Shown: in pieces, positions 16,918 to 26,727 of the stretch
Position numbering within the stretch: the first letter of the stretch is position 1
How the letters are laid out: each line of letters opens with the position of its first letter
Origin: a virus
Lineage: Duplodnaviria > Caudoviricetes
Length of the DNA: 34,243 nucleotides
Strand: one strand, 5' to 3'
IMG/VR virus record: IMGVR_UViG_3300030493_000010
Span: 1 to 34,243 of that record
Made by a program: the position numbers and the translations under genes
Notes under the pieces: model-generated
What the model was told of the DNA's origin: nothing
Database searches by the model: none
Seen by the model: only the letters and a program-made list of their open reading frames with translations

Positions 16918-17440
16918 ATTCTACACCGTTCAAGGCAAGAAATCAGACTATACAAACATCGTGATTGCTTCTAATTTTAGGGAAGCAAAAAGAATTGGAA
17001 TGAATACAGAATTTACTGAAAATGTTGAGTTTCTCGATTTAAGAGTAAACGCAATCAAAGCTGGCCAAGGATTCTATCAAGATGAACCAGAAATAAACTT
17101 CACGATTGGTGGTAAAGGATTCATATACACTGAATTAAAACCACAACTTTGTGAATGGAAAGACTTTATTCATGAACTAGAAAGACAAAATCGAATTAAA
17201 GTTGAACATGGACTTTTCAATGGTTACAGTGAAAGATTTGATGATGATTATTTTGGAATATCAAAAGTAGAACTAAAAGAGATGCAAAATAAAGTCGATT
17301 ATGATTTATACAACTTTGATGAGATATGTGAAGTCTATGGCGTTGATGTATCCAAAATCAGTTTTAGACAATTTGAAGAATTGTTAAATGGTGATTTGAA
17401 TCTACCAGACATTAAGAATCTTCAACAGGGTGGAATATAA
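16910..17440 (+). CDS. Hypothetical protein
   Basis: 176 aa ORF coupled to the next gene by TAATG. Confidence 0.7.
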   Translation: MNKFYTVQGKKSDYTNIVIASNFREAKRIGMNTEFTENVEFLDLRVNAIKAGQGFYQDEPEINFTIGGKGFIYTELKPQLCEWKDFIHELERQNRIKVEHGLFNGYSERFDDDYFGISKVELKEMQNKVDYDLYNFDEICEVYGVDVSKISFRQFEELLNGDLNLPDIKNLQQGGI

Positions 17441-18033
17441 TGACTAAATATTTACTGATTAGCATCCAACCACAGCACGTCTATAATATCCTAATAGGTA
17501 ATAAGACACTTGAACTTCGCAAGAAGATACCAAATTGGGTATGGGAAGCAATTACAAAAGATGAAACAGTTAAAGCTTTGATATACTGCACCAAAGCAAA
17601 AGACTTTTTACACAAAACCCAAAATTATATCTTAAATCAATATCCAAAAACACCAAGATTTTATTTAAGTCCTGATCCCATTGTTGATGGATTTGATATT
17701 ATTAACGGATATGTTGTAGCACAGTTTGATTTGAATAAAATCCGCTATGTTTATGATTTAGTTGATAAGCAAGATAAATACGGCAACATATATGATGATA
17801 TCGAAATCGATGAAGACTTTGATCTACAAAAAGCGTGGATAACCCTCAAAGATTTATCAAGATACTCTCATAATGGTAAATTTCAAGTTTGGGCAATGTA
17901 CATTGAAAATCTTAAAGCATTCGATAAGCCGAAAGAACTTAGTGATTATCAAGTGTTTTATGATGGTGAAGAAAGTTTTTATCCTTTAAAAAGAGCACCA
18001 CAGAACATGATGTCAGTATGGGGGAATGAATAA
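17440..18033 (+). CDS. ASCH-domain protein
   Basis: LISIQPQ...IL.GNKTLELRK, IYCTK, NG.VVAQF, RAPQN. Confidence 0.85.
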   Translation: MTKYLLISIQPQHVYNILIGNKTLELRKKIPNWVWEAITKDETVKALIYCTKAKDFLHKTQNYILNQYPKTPRFYLSPDPIVDGFDIINGYVVAQFDLNKIRYVYDLVDKQDKYGNIYDDIEIDEDFDLQKAWITLKDLSRYSHNGKFQVWAMYIENLKAFDKPKELSDYQVFYDGEESFYPLKRAPQNMMSVWGNE

Positions 18034-18335
18034 TGGGTCTTATTAAAGACGCTGAAATGGAAACAAAGATTAACATTAATGGTTTAGTTGCAAGAATTAG
18101 TGGTTATTGCGAAAACTATTTCAAACCAACTACCTGTACAAACGATGTCAACGATACTAAAAACATCAAAGCTATTGTTGAAGCAGCTAAGGAACTAGAA
18201 AAAGAAATCATTAAACGAGATACATTGTATTTCGCCAAAAAAGTTGAAGAATCTTTAGAATACAAGCTCATGGAGGAGCGAAAGAATGATACCAAAAAAG
18301 CAGCCATACACACTGGCTCGATACAAAAACAGTAA
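18033..18335 (+). CDS. Hypothetical protein
   Basis: TAATG coupling; 100 aa. Confidence 0.65.
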   Translation: MGLIKDAEMETKININGLVARISGYCENYFKPTTCTNDVNDTKNIKAIVEAAKELEKEIIKRDTLYFAKKVEESLEYKLMEERKNDTKKAAIHTGSIQKQ

Positions 18336-18477
18336 TCGTAAACAACTTAGGAAGGTATGGATGAAACTAAAAATGGACATCACCTTCAGTGAATTTGTTG
18401 AGGCTGTTCATGAAGCAGCCAAACTTGAAGAAGCACAACTTAAAAAGGAAACCGACGATGGCAATCAACAAGTGTAA
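18286..18477 (+). CDS. Small hypothetical protein
   Basis: SD ggaggag; 63 aa. Confidence 0.65.
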   Translation: MIPKKQPYTLARYKNSNRKQLRKVWMKLKMDITFSEFVEAVHEAAKLEEAQLKKETDDGNQQV

Positions 18478-18874
18478 AGCCATTTCAGTTAAAAGTGGAA
18501 AAGTAGTCTATGGATTCTACTTTAATGTTGAATTCAAAGACGGTTCCAAGAAACACTTCATTTTAGAAGATGGAAGCGATGCAGCTAAAGACAGAACACT
18601 AGCTGAAGTTCAAGTAGAAGTCAAAGGTGAAACTGTTTGTCAATTTACCGGAAAGTACGATCATGCGGGTAATGAAGTCTACGATCATGACATTGTAAGA
18701 GATGGATGGGATAGACAAATGGTAATTATCTACAGTGAAGATCACATGGCGTGGAAATTTGAAGCCATCTCAAAAACGAACTTTGATGAGGCATGGGCAT
18801 GGCAATGGTTTGACAATGTTTCACCCAGAATCTCAGTGTATGTTACCGGAAATTCGCGGTTTCCAAGTTTATAA
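18458..18874 (+). CDS. YopX-family protein
   Basis: ETVCQFTG.YD..G.EVYD.DIV ... V.GN. Confidence 0.85.
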   Translation: MAINKCKAISVKSGKVVYGFYFNVEFKDGSKKHFILEDGSDAAKDRTLAEVQVEVKGETVCQFTGKYDHAGNEVYDHDIVRDGWDRQMVIIYSEDHMAWKFEAISKTNFDEAWAWQWFDNVSPRISVYVTGNSRFPSL

Positions 18875-18886
18875 AACACATCATTT

Positions 18887-18917
18887 AAGAGTAGCGAAAA
18901 ATCGTTACTCTTTTTTT
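18887..18917 (+). terminator. Rho-independent terminator ending the early operon
   Basis: aagagtagcga-aaaa-tcgttactctt followed by a T-run. Confidence 0.85.
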
Positions 18918-19492
18918 GTATCAAAAGGTTATAAATACACGGGATTTTTTTTGCCGTTAAATTTTTTGATTTTTGGGTATTGAGTAAAGGACCGTTTTAA
19001 AGCCTATCTATCAAAAGAAGTGTATTTGAGATTGTTTGAAATAAAAATTTAACACTTTCAGTACTTATGACAAATTTATTTTGATAAGAAAAAAGGATAT
19101 TTTAACTACAGGGTAAAAAGAGGGGTACCTCAAGTGACCATCGTTTGCTTCCGAGTAAAGATGAGTAAAGATAGCCCATTTCTTCATGTGATTGTTAAAA
19201 ATGCTTCATTTTACTATTTTTGAGATTTCTACCTAATATATATATTAATATGGTGTATTCACTCTCACATTAAACTATTCCAATTATTCGATCATTCTTC
19301 ACCTTTTTTTCATATGAGCAATTTTAACCATGCTCCATAAAATTAAAATCCATGTTAAAGAATATCCATAAATCAACCAATTTCACACTAAAAAAATAAA
19401 CTATTTGAACCAAATCAAGGGTTTTTTATGTCTTTTGGTGCAATGCAAAGAATTTATATACTATGTATATAGAAAAATATTTTTGATGTTTG

Positions 19493-19522
19493 TTCTACGA
19501 TTTAAAAAACCGCATATATAAT
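19493..19522 (+). promoter_or_regulatory. Putative late promoter (perfect -10, weak -35)
   Basis: TATAAT at 19517-19522; no consensus -35, consistent with activator dependence. Confidence 0.45.
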
Positions 19523-19529
19523 TGTGCCA

Positions 19530-19593
19530 GCAGTGCACCTGGTATATCAACCATCCTTATAACTTCCAAACATAACGATCACTGGTGCACTGC
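19530..19593 (+). other. Long-loop hairpin in the late leader (possible small RNA)
   Basis: gcagtgcacc (19530-19539) and ggtgcactgc (19584-19593) form a perfect 10-bp inverted repeat. Confidence 0.6.
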
Positions 19594-19620
19594 ATACCAA
19601 TTAATTACGAGGTGATTCAT

Positions 19621-20103
19621 GTGGCTAAGTCTAAGTGGCCGACAATTCAAAAATACCTACCACAGATCAAGACATGGATTGCGAAAGGTGTTTATGAGTA
19701 TCAGATAGTTCAGAAATTAAATATCACAAAACCCACGTGGGAAAAATATAAGAAGGACTACAAGGAACTACGAGACATAATCGATTCCGGTAAGTTCCTT
19801 CGAGAACAAGAATTAATTCCAGAACTTCAGAATGCAGTTGTTAAATGTGCATTAGGTTTCATCGAAGAAGAAGCTGAGGTAAAAGAAACAACTACAAGCG
19901 ATGAAGACGGTAATGTGACTATTCAAAAAGTAAAGGTCACTAAAAAGTATCCACCAAATGCTGATGCAGCAATGCGGTTATTGAAACACTTCACTAAAGA
20001 CAAGGTCAAACCATTTGATGATAATCCAATTGAAACAGACATCAAGAAGAGACGTCTCGAAATGGAAGAAAAGGCTCAAAAGATTAAGATGGAAGGATTC
20101 TAA
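19621..20103 (+). CDS. HTH terminase-small-subunit-like protein
   Basis: SD gaggtg + GTG; IK.W...G....I..KL.I...TW.KYKK, ALG, KKYPPNADAA..LLK. Confidence 0.7.
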   Translation: MAKSKWPTIQKYLPQIKTWIAKGVYEYQIVQKLNITKPTWEKYKKDYKELRDIIDSGKFLREQELIPELQNAVVKCALGFIEEEAEVKETTTSDEDGNVTIQKVKVTKKYPPNADAAMRLLKHFTKDKVKPFDDNPIETDIKKRRLEMEEKAQKIKMEGF

Positions 20104-20105
20104 CA

Positions 20106-20807
20106 ATGCCAACCAATCCAAAGTTCTATACATCGAGAACATGGCGCAAGTTCAGAGAAGTTGTCATCACCGAATCTGGTGGCATGTGTTCTAAATGCAA
20201 TAGAGTGTATTCGGATACATCACAGCTTGAAGTTCACCATAAGAAGTACCTTAAGAATGATGACTACAACAAGCCAGAGTTAGCATACAACATTGAGAAT
20301 GTAGAGGTCATATGTCATGAGTGCCACAATAAAGAGCACTCGAGGTTCGGATATGATGCACCAAAAGAAGTTATCTTAGTTTACGGTCCACCATTATCTG
20401 GTAAGACGTCATTCGTTAAAGAGAATAAGTATTACACAGATATAGTTCTCGATCTCGACAAGCTACAAGAAGCCATCACACTAGAGCCTACGTACTCTCG
20501 CAATACGAAGGCTGCTGCACAAGTACTATTCAGAATGCGTGACACGCTATTGGATATAGTTAAGGTTCGATATGGTGCGTGGCGGAGAGCGTGGATCATA
20601 GGAACATATGCAAACACATTCGATAGAGAGAGAGTCATTGAAACTCTAGGTGTCACTGAGATTATTTTCATGGACATATCTAAAGAAGAATGTCTGAACA
20701 GATTAGAACGCGTTCACGATGAACGATTCACATATAAAAACGATTGGGCGAAGTACATTGATGACTGGTTCAAGCAGTATACCCCCCCATCGAAACCGTT
20801 TGAATAG
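20106..20807 (+). CDS. Packaging-associated HNH endonuclease (HK97 gp74-like) fused to a P-loop domain
   Basis: FY.S..W, CSKC, VHH, CHECHN.EH; GPPLSGKT. Confidence 0.88.
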   Translation: MPTNPKFYTSRTWRKFREVVITESGGMCSKCNRVYSDTSQLEVHHKKYLKNDDYNKPELAYNIENVEVICHECHNKEHSRFGYDAPKEVILVYGPPLSGKTSFVKENKYYTDIVLDLDKLQEAITLEPTYSRNTKAAAQVLFRMRDTLLDIVKVRYGAWRRAWIIGTYANTFDRERVIETLGVTEIIFMDISKEECLNRLERVHDERFTYKNDWAKYIDDWFKQYTPPSKPFE

Positions 20808-20900
20808 GTTTGCTGTCAACCCCTAGCTACACAGCCTTCTCGCTGAGGTCCAAAAATTCGGAAAAAAGTTTTGAAAAAGTCGAGGTTTTGTGAAGACAAC
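20780..20900. other. Probable cos region
   Basis: tacccccccat plus a GC-richer stretch and A/T tracts between HNH and TerS, the usual cos location in HK97-type genomes; exact ends not determinable. Confidence 0.5.
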
Positions 20901-20926
20901 CTATAAAGTAAAAAAAGTAAAGGAAG

Positions 20927-21277
20927 ATGTTCGATATGGCGCAAAGTCTAGAGTCGTTTAAGACTATATTTAAAAAATTTGATAAAGAAGATCTGTACGA
21001 AATCAATATTCCTTTTTTAGAAAACATGATTAGCACCAAAAAGAAAATCGAAGAATTAGAAAACTTACCCATGATCGTTACTCATTCAGAATTTAAGAAT
21101 CTGCAAAGACAAACCGAAAGCGGTAAGCTTCTCGTTAAACTCTTCGAAACATATAAGAATCAGACATTAGCATTAAACAAGATTCTAGGAAACGCGGTTA
21201 ATCTAACTGACGAAGATGATAAATTCTTAGCATTTAAAGAAGAGTATAAAGATGAACAAGATAGATCTAACAAATAA
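20927..21277 (+). CDS. terS: Terminase small subunit (P27-like); start may be 20936
   Basis: Size, helical character and position immediately upstream of and overlapping TerL. Confidence 0.7.
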   Translation: MFDMAQSLESFKTIFKKFDKEDLYEINIPFLENMISTKKKIEELENLPMIVTHSEFKNLQRQTESGKLLVKLFETYKNQTLALNKILGNAVNLTDEDDKFLAFKEEYKDEQDRSNK

Positions 21278-22940
21278 TACGATCAATGGCGTTAAATCAT
21301 ACTTTCTAGAATATTATGATGCAATCTTTAATCGTGGATGGATTGCTGGATATGAGGTTAGAACACTCCTAAATAATCTGCTAGAGGATTTAGAGTATTA
21401 CGATTATCGTCCAAAAGAAGCTCACTTCAGAATTGATGCTGGGCAAAAGTTCCACAGACAAACTAAGAATAAGTTTCATGGCAAGTTGATTAAGTTCATG
21501 AAATGGCAAAAGGCATTTATTGAAGTAATATATTCATTTTACATTCCGGGAACTGATGAACTTCGATTTAAAGAAGCGTTGCTCCTGGTAGCAAGAAAAA
21601 ACGGCAAGTCAACATTGATTGCTGACGATCTGCTGATTGATTTATTCTTTGGTCCAGGTGGGCAAGACATCTGCGTAAGTAGTAATGATGATTCACAAGC
21701 TGACCTGATCTATCAAGAAGTAGATAACGCACGCATCATGATGGATCCTAGTAGCAAGTACACAAAGAAGAATCAAAAAGGGATTACCAATAGAAAATCA
21801 TACTCGAGGATCTTCAAGATTAGTGATCGAACCAAGAATAAAGAAGGACGCAATATCACTAAAGCGTCCATCGATGAGATCCACGAAATGAAAGATAATG
21901 AGATTGCGATGGCTATTAGGCAATCGACATCTATTGGTAACAACACCTTAATTATCCAAATTTCAACTGAAGGCGTTGTCGATGATGGTTATTTGGATAA
22001 AGAATTAATCAAAGCTAGACACATTTTAAAAAAGGAACTTGAGGATCAGTCGTTCCTACCATGGTTATATACTCAAGATTCAACAGAAGAAGTATTTCAA
22101 GATGAATCCTCTTGGTGGAAATCCAATCCATCGCTGCATGAAGTCAAATCAATTAGTTACCTTCGAAAAGCAGTTGAAGATGCGAGAACCAAAAGGGAAG
22201 ACCGCCCATGGATCCTCTGCAAGGATTTCAACATCAAACAAAGCAATTCTATTGGATGGCTAATCGAGGATGAAATATCAAGGAATCTGGACACCTTCGA
22301 ATTAGAATCATTCAAGAATTCATACTATATTGGCGGGACCGACATATCTGAAACAACAGACTTAACCGCATTTTGTGCACTATTCGAAAAAGACGGTATT
22401 AAATACACGCACGTGATGTATTTCGTTCCATCATCGAAGGCGACACGAAACAGTAATACCAATCCGGAAAACAAAGACTATCTTCAACTTCAACGAGATG
22501 GATTAGTCAGAATTGTTGAAGGTAATGAAGTAAACACAAACGCTATTGTTAGTTATCAATGGGAACTCTGGGAAAGATTCAAAGTCAGACCATTCAAAAA
22601 TGGGTATGACAACTGGATGGCCAAGGACTATGTTAATAACTTGAAAGATAGATTTGGTGATGAAGTACCAGAACGTGTTCGAATGGATTTCGCTTCATTA
22701 TCAACACCCATGAGAAGCTTAGGTGCGGATTTGAAAGATGGTAAAGTCAACTATCAAAACAACCTGGTAACAAAATGGTGTTTAAAAAATGTTGGTGTAA
22801 TTACGAATAATCAAGGGCAAATAATGCCGAAAAAGGTTCAAGGAACCGGAGTAAGAATAGATGGCGCGGTAGCAATGATGATTGCGTATCATGTGCGATC
22901 TAAATATGTTAGCGAATGGGAAGCCTTTATTAGGAGGTAA
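21252..22940 (+). CDS. terL: Terminase large subunit (Terminase_1, cos type)
   Basis: WQKAFI, VARKNGKS, IDEIHE, ISTEG, KSNP, G.DISETTDLTA, RIDGAVA. Confidence 0.96.
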   Translation: MNKIDLTNNTINGVKSYFLEYYDAIFNRGWIAGYEVRTLLNNLLEDLEYYDYRPKEAHFRIDAGQKFHRQTKNKFHGKLIKFMKWQKAFIEVIYSFYIPGTDELRFKEALLLVARKNGKSTLIADDLLIDLFFGPGGQDICVSSNDDSQADLIYQEVDNARIMMDPSSKYTKKNQKGITNRKSYSRIFKISDRTKNKEGRNITKASIDEIHEMKDNEIAMAIRQSTSIGNNTLIIQISTEGVVDDGYLDKELIKARHILKKELEDQSFLPWLYTQDSTEEVFQDESSWWKSNPSLHEVKSISYLRKAVEDARTKREDRPWILCKDFNIKQSNSIGWLIEDEISRNLDTFELESFKNSYYIGGTDISETTDLTAFCALFEKDGIKYTHVMYFVPSSKATRNSNTNPENKDYLQLQRDGLVRIVEGNEVNTNAIVSYQWELWERFKVRPFKNGYDNWMAKDYVNNLKDRFGDEVPERVRMDFASLSTPMRSLGADLKDGKVNYQNNLVTKWCLKNVGVITNNQGQIMPKKVQGTGVRIDGAVAMMIAYHVRSKYVSEWEAFIRR

Positions 22941-22944
22941 TAAT

Positions 22945-24180
22945 ATGGGTATATTACAAAACTTTTGGAATTCAGTACTAGGCAAAAAAACTCTTTCTAA
23001 AGGCAGCGGCATTTCATTTAATCAATCACAATCTGGATTATATGGAGCGAATATTAATAAATCAACCTTAGTCGCAGCATCGATTCACGCAATCGCTGAT
23101 GAAGCTTCAAAGATGACTTTAAAATCAGTAAGGATTACAGATTCCGAAAATGGGATTATATATAAACCGAATACTGACGACCTAAATAGATTGTTTTCTA
23201 GAAGACCTAATCCGCTAATGACAATGAAAGATTTATTATACTGGTCAGTCTACAGATTAGAGACTAAGTCCAATTTCTATTGGTACCCAGAAAGAGAAAT
23301 CGAAGTATATCTTGATGGTCGACAAATCATTAGAACGGTTGCAATCTATCCAATCAATTCAATGTATGAATCTATGGTATTTAATGAATCTGACAACAAG
23401 CATTACATTATTTTTCATATGGAATCCGGTAGTGAATTTAGGTTTCCGTATGATGAAATTATTCATGTAAGAAAACACTTTGGCACGAGTGATTATTACT
23501 TTGGTAGCAAAAATCGAACTGAGTTGCTTGAAACATTAGGAATAATGAAAGAAATAAAAACATTATTACCGAAAGCGATTAAAGCATCCATGTCAATTAA
23601 AGGTATATTGACGGCTAAATCAATGGCGGATTTAGAGGGGTTAAAGAAATTCAAGGAAGAATTTGAGAGCACACTAAATTCAAGCGATAAAGCTTTAGGT
23701 GTATTAGATGTTGCCGGTGATTTTAAATCAGTTCAGATTGATCCAAAGATTGTTGAGAAAGATACACTATCATTTTTTGAATCTCAGATAATTAATGAAT
23801 TTGGTGTGGATTTATCCATTATTCAAGGTAATGCTGATGAAAATAAGTGGTCATCATTCTATCAAAAATGCATTGAACCAATTCAAGATGCATTAGAACA
23901 GGCTGCAACATCAACTTTATTCTCTGTGAATGAATTTAACCATGGTAATCGAATAAAGATCTATGACCGAAAGGTCCAACACTTAAGTATGACAACTAGA
24001 TTGAATCTAATTAAAGAATTGGGTCCACGTGGTTATCTATCCAGATCAGAACAAAGAGAACTTGCAGGCTATGAACCTGATGGCGGTAAAGAGCAAATCT
24101 CATTAAACTTCGTAGATAAAGATAAGCAAAACGAATATCAAAACGGTAAAGAGGAGACCAACAAAGATGGGAAAAAATGA
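22945..24180 (+). CDS. Portal protein, HK97 family
   Basis: SD aggaggt; RPNPLMT, EIIHVR, I...FGV, NE/SEQRE..G.EP; position. Confidence 0.93.
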   Translation: MGILQNFWNSVLGKKTLSKGSGISFNQSQSGLYGANINKSTLVAASIHAIADEASKMTLKSVRITDSENGIIYKPNTDDLNRLFSRRPNPLMTMKDLLYWSVYRLETKSNFYWYPEREIEVYLDGRQIIRTVAIYPINSMYESMVFNESDNKHYIIFHMESGSEFRFPYDEIIHVRKHFGTSDYYFGSKNRTELLETLGIMKEIKTLLPKAIKASMSIKGILTAKSMADLEGLKKFKEEFESTLNSSDKALGVLDVAGDFKSVQIDPKIVEKDTLSFFESQIINEFGVDLSIIQGNADENKWSSFYQKCIEPIQDALEQAATSTLFSVNEFNHGNRIKIYDRKVQHLSMTTRLNLIKELGPRGYLSRSEQRELAGYEPDGGKEQISLNFVDKDKQNEYQNGKEETNKDGKK

Positions 24181-24817
24181 TGAAAAGATTTTACGTTCAG
24201 CAATCATCACAGATTTGAGAACATCTGATGAAAACAATGAACATATTATTGAAGGTTATGCCGTATTGTACGAGCAAACCACAAAAATAGGCAATTATTT
24301 CCAAGAAACAATTGCAAGAGGTGCAATTAAAGATGAAGCGTTAAGTGACGTTTTATTCTTTGTTAATCATGATGCATCAAAGATTTCATTGGCTAGATCT
24401 AGACGTAATAATGCAAACAGTTCATTACAACTTAAGTTGGATGACAAGGGATTATACTTTAGAACAAAACTAGACATTGAAAATAATGCTGAAGCTGCTG
24501 CATTGTATTCTGCGGTTAAGCGTGGAGACATCGATGGAATGTCGTTTTGGATGAGAGTCAATAAGGACGAATGGTCTGATCTTGACACAGATACTCCAAG
24601 AAGACGAATTACAGAAATTTCTAAAATCTTCGAAATCAGTGCTGTTAATTGGCCTGCATACGAAGATACTGAAATACATGCTAGAGGCAACACAGACACG
24701 TTGGAAAACGATAAGATGGCGTTGGAGAATGCCAGGTCAACAGCATTGGGGAATGTTGTGCAGATCGCTGAAGCTAGAAAAAAACAACTTATGTTTAAAG
24801 TTCAAAATCGATTATAG
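24167..24817 (+). CDS. HK97-family prohead protease
   Basis: IEGYA, NHD, D.KGL, RGDIDGMSF, EISAV.WPAY.DT. Confidence 0.95.
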   Translation: MGKNDEKILRSAIITDLRTSDENNEHIIEGYAVLYEQTTKIGNYFQETIARGAIKDEALSDVLFFVNHDASKISLARSRRNNANSSLQLKLDDKGLYFRTKLDIENNAEAAALYSAVKRGDIDGMSFWMRVNKDEWSDLDTDTPRRRITEISKIFEISAVNWPAYEDTEIHARGNTDTLENDKMALENARSTALGNVVQIAEARKKQLMFKVQNRL

Positions 24818-24826
24818 GAGGATAAT

Positions 24827-26032
24827 ATGAACTTACTCGAAAGAATCAACGCGATTGAAAAACGTATGAATGAGATTCACACTGAAATCTCCGGATTGGA
24901 TGTTTCTAAAGAAGAAAACAGATCCAAGATGGACACTCTTGAAAAAGAGTACAACACCAAAAAGGAAGAAAGAGCAGCTTTGATGAAGCTTGCAGAAGTT
25001 CAACCAATTGCGATTACAAAAGGTCAAGTTAGAGCAGCAGATTTAGGCGGAGGAAGTGGGAATCCATCTGATAAGCTCTCTACTATGGAATACCGCCAAG
25101 CGTTTATGGCTTACATTCAAACAGGTAAACGTTCTGCAGTATTGGATGAAGTCAGAGCAGATGCAACCACAATGCAATCTGATGTCTCAGCTGTAATTCC
25201 AACTACTATCCAAAACAGAATCATTGACACGTTAACAGTTAGTGGAAGAATTTATGCTAGAATCAGCAAAACCAATTTGCCTTCTGGAACAAGATTCCCA
25301 ATTAACTCTGTTAACCCTGTAGCATCATGGGTTTCTGAAAATGCTAAGTCTGATAGACAAAAGATGACCCTCAACTCTCATGTTGAATTCGGTTCATATA
25401 AACTTCAAGTCAGAGTGGCAACTTCACTAGAAACTGCTACAAACTCACTTGAAATCTTTGAAAAACTTGTCGCTGACAAGATTGTCAAAGCAATCATCAA
25501 AGCTATTGAAACAGCTGTAATCAGCGGTACTGGTTTAGGTCAACCTACTGGTTTAACCGTTGATACACGTATTCAATCCGCACAAAAAGTTGCAACCACC
25601 ATCGCACAACTAAATTATGCTGGGTGGGTAGAACGCTATGGGAAAATCCCTGCTGCATACCTAGATCGTGATTTAGTCTGGTTGATGCATCAAGACACAT
25701 TCTTCAAATATGTCATGAGTTTAGTAGACACAACTGGACAACCGGTTGCACGTACAATTCAAGGCATTGATGGAAAACCTAAACACATCCTTTTAGGTCA
25801 TGAAGTAATTTTCGAAAACTCTTTGCCAACAGCTGATGCTGCAACAGCAGACCAACTTTTCGTCATCTTTGGTGACCTATCAGAATACGATTTCAACAGT
25901 AACTTAACTATGACATATCGCAAGTATGTTGATGAAGAAACTGATGAATTCGTAGACAAAATCACTCTATTGGGTGATGGTAAAGTCCTTGATCCAAATC
26001 CGTTCATTTTCTTCAAAAAGGCAACAGCCTAA
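24827..26032 (+). CDS. Major capsid protein, HK97 fold with N-terminal delta domain
   Basis: Coiled-coil N-terminus, VIPTT, A.WV.E, GTG.GQP.G, D..G.P, FGDLS.Y. Confidence 0.95.
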   Translation: MNLLERINAIEKRMNEIHTEISGLDVSKEENRSKMDTLEKEYNTKKEERAALMKLAEVQPIAITKGQVRAADLGGGSGNPSDKLSTMEYRQAFMAYIQTGKRSAVLDEVRADATTMQSDVSAVIPTTIQNRIIDTLTVSGRIYARISKTNLPSGTRFPINSVNPVASWVSENAKSDRQKMTLNSHVEFGSYKLQVRVATSLETATNSLEIFEKLVADKIVKAIIKAIETAVISGTGLGQPTGLTVDTRIQSAQKVATTIAQLNYAGWVERYGKIPAAYLDRDLVWLMHQDTFFKYVMSLVDTTGQPVARTIQGIDGKPKHILLGHEVIFENSLPTADAATADQLFVIFGDLSEYDFNSNLTMTYRKYVDEETDEFVDKITLLGDGKVLDPNPFIFFKKATA

Positions 26033-26059
26033 CATTTAATTAAGCAAAGGTGATGAAAT

Positions 26060-26377
26060 ATGAGTACAGAATTAACCACATTTATTAACGATAATATTAG
26101 CAATATCGCAATGTCGGTAGGATATGACAGCAACGATCTAGATTCAATCGCAGTCTTGCGTGGATTCGTTGAAGCTGGCATAGAAGACATGATGAGTGCG
26201 GGTGTATCTGAACAAGTTGTGATTAATAAGAAACTCAGTTTCATCACCATTTGTTTATATGTTAAAGACAATCTGCCTTTAGCTGCCGGTACATCGACTA
26301 CTTCACAAATCTATATAGCAAACGTTCAAAAACTTAAACTGATTTCAAAAGTACTTGCTGATCAGGTGACATCATGA
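26060..26377 (+). CDS. Head-tail connector (gp6-like)
   Basis: AG.EDM..AGV motif; size and position. Confidence 0.75.
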   Translation: MSTELTTFINDNISNIAMSVGYDSNDLDSIAVLRGFVEAGIEDMMSAGVSEQVVINKKLSFITICLYVKDNLPLAAGTSTTSQIYIANVQKLKLISKVLADQVTS

Positions 26378-26727
26378 GTGTATGTACAACAAAAACAATA
26401 TTTCTACTTCAAGTAAATGATGTTCAAAATCCGGATACAGGGATTAGAACTAAAACTATTACAGGGGTAAGAAAAATGTTTGCTGAAGTCACCAACGTGG
26501 GAACTATTACCCAGATGCAAGCAGTAGCAGTTGGTACTTTGTACAGTAATCAAATTGAACTTCGTGAAAAAGCGTATAAGGGTGAAGCGTATGTGGCTTT
26601 TAAAAGTGATGGCAGTATCCAAGTTTATGATATTAAAACTACCGTAAAAGGTAGAACATCTGAATATCGTAAACTCAATGTTCAAAAAACCAAAGACATA
26701 ATTGAGGGAGTTGATTCCATTGCTTGA
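26374..26727 (+). CDS. Head closure / head-tail adaptor
   Basis: Beta-rich 117 aa; RKMFAEV..V; position. Confidence 0.7.
   Translation: MSVCTTKTIFLLQVNDVQNPDTGIRTKTITGVRKMFAEVTNVGTITQMQAVAVGTLYSNQIELREKAYKGEAYVAFKSDGSIQVYDIKTTVKGRTSEYRKLNVQKTKDIIEGVDSIA

Noticed and set aside
19065-19187. 40-aa minus-strand ORF (MKKWAIFTHLYSEAN...) in the intergenic region
   Set aside because: No SD and no motif; such ORFs are expected by chance.
19230-19241. 12-bp match tacctaatatat shared with the origin region (9701-9712)
   Set aside because: AT-rich 12-mers recur by chance in a 34-kb low-GC genome.
19585-19620. Upstream GTG start for the TerS-like gene
   Set aside because: It lies within the hairpin stem; the SD gaggtg supports GTG 19621.
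18918-19620. tRNA gene or tRNA-derived attP core
   Set aside because: No cloverleaf, T-loop GTTCRA or CCA-end pattern recognised.
20782-20788. C7 tract as a second phase-variation site
   Set aside because: It is at the extreme 3' end of an intact HNH gene and matches the C-run typical of cos regions.
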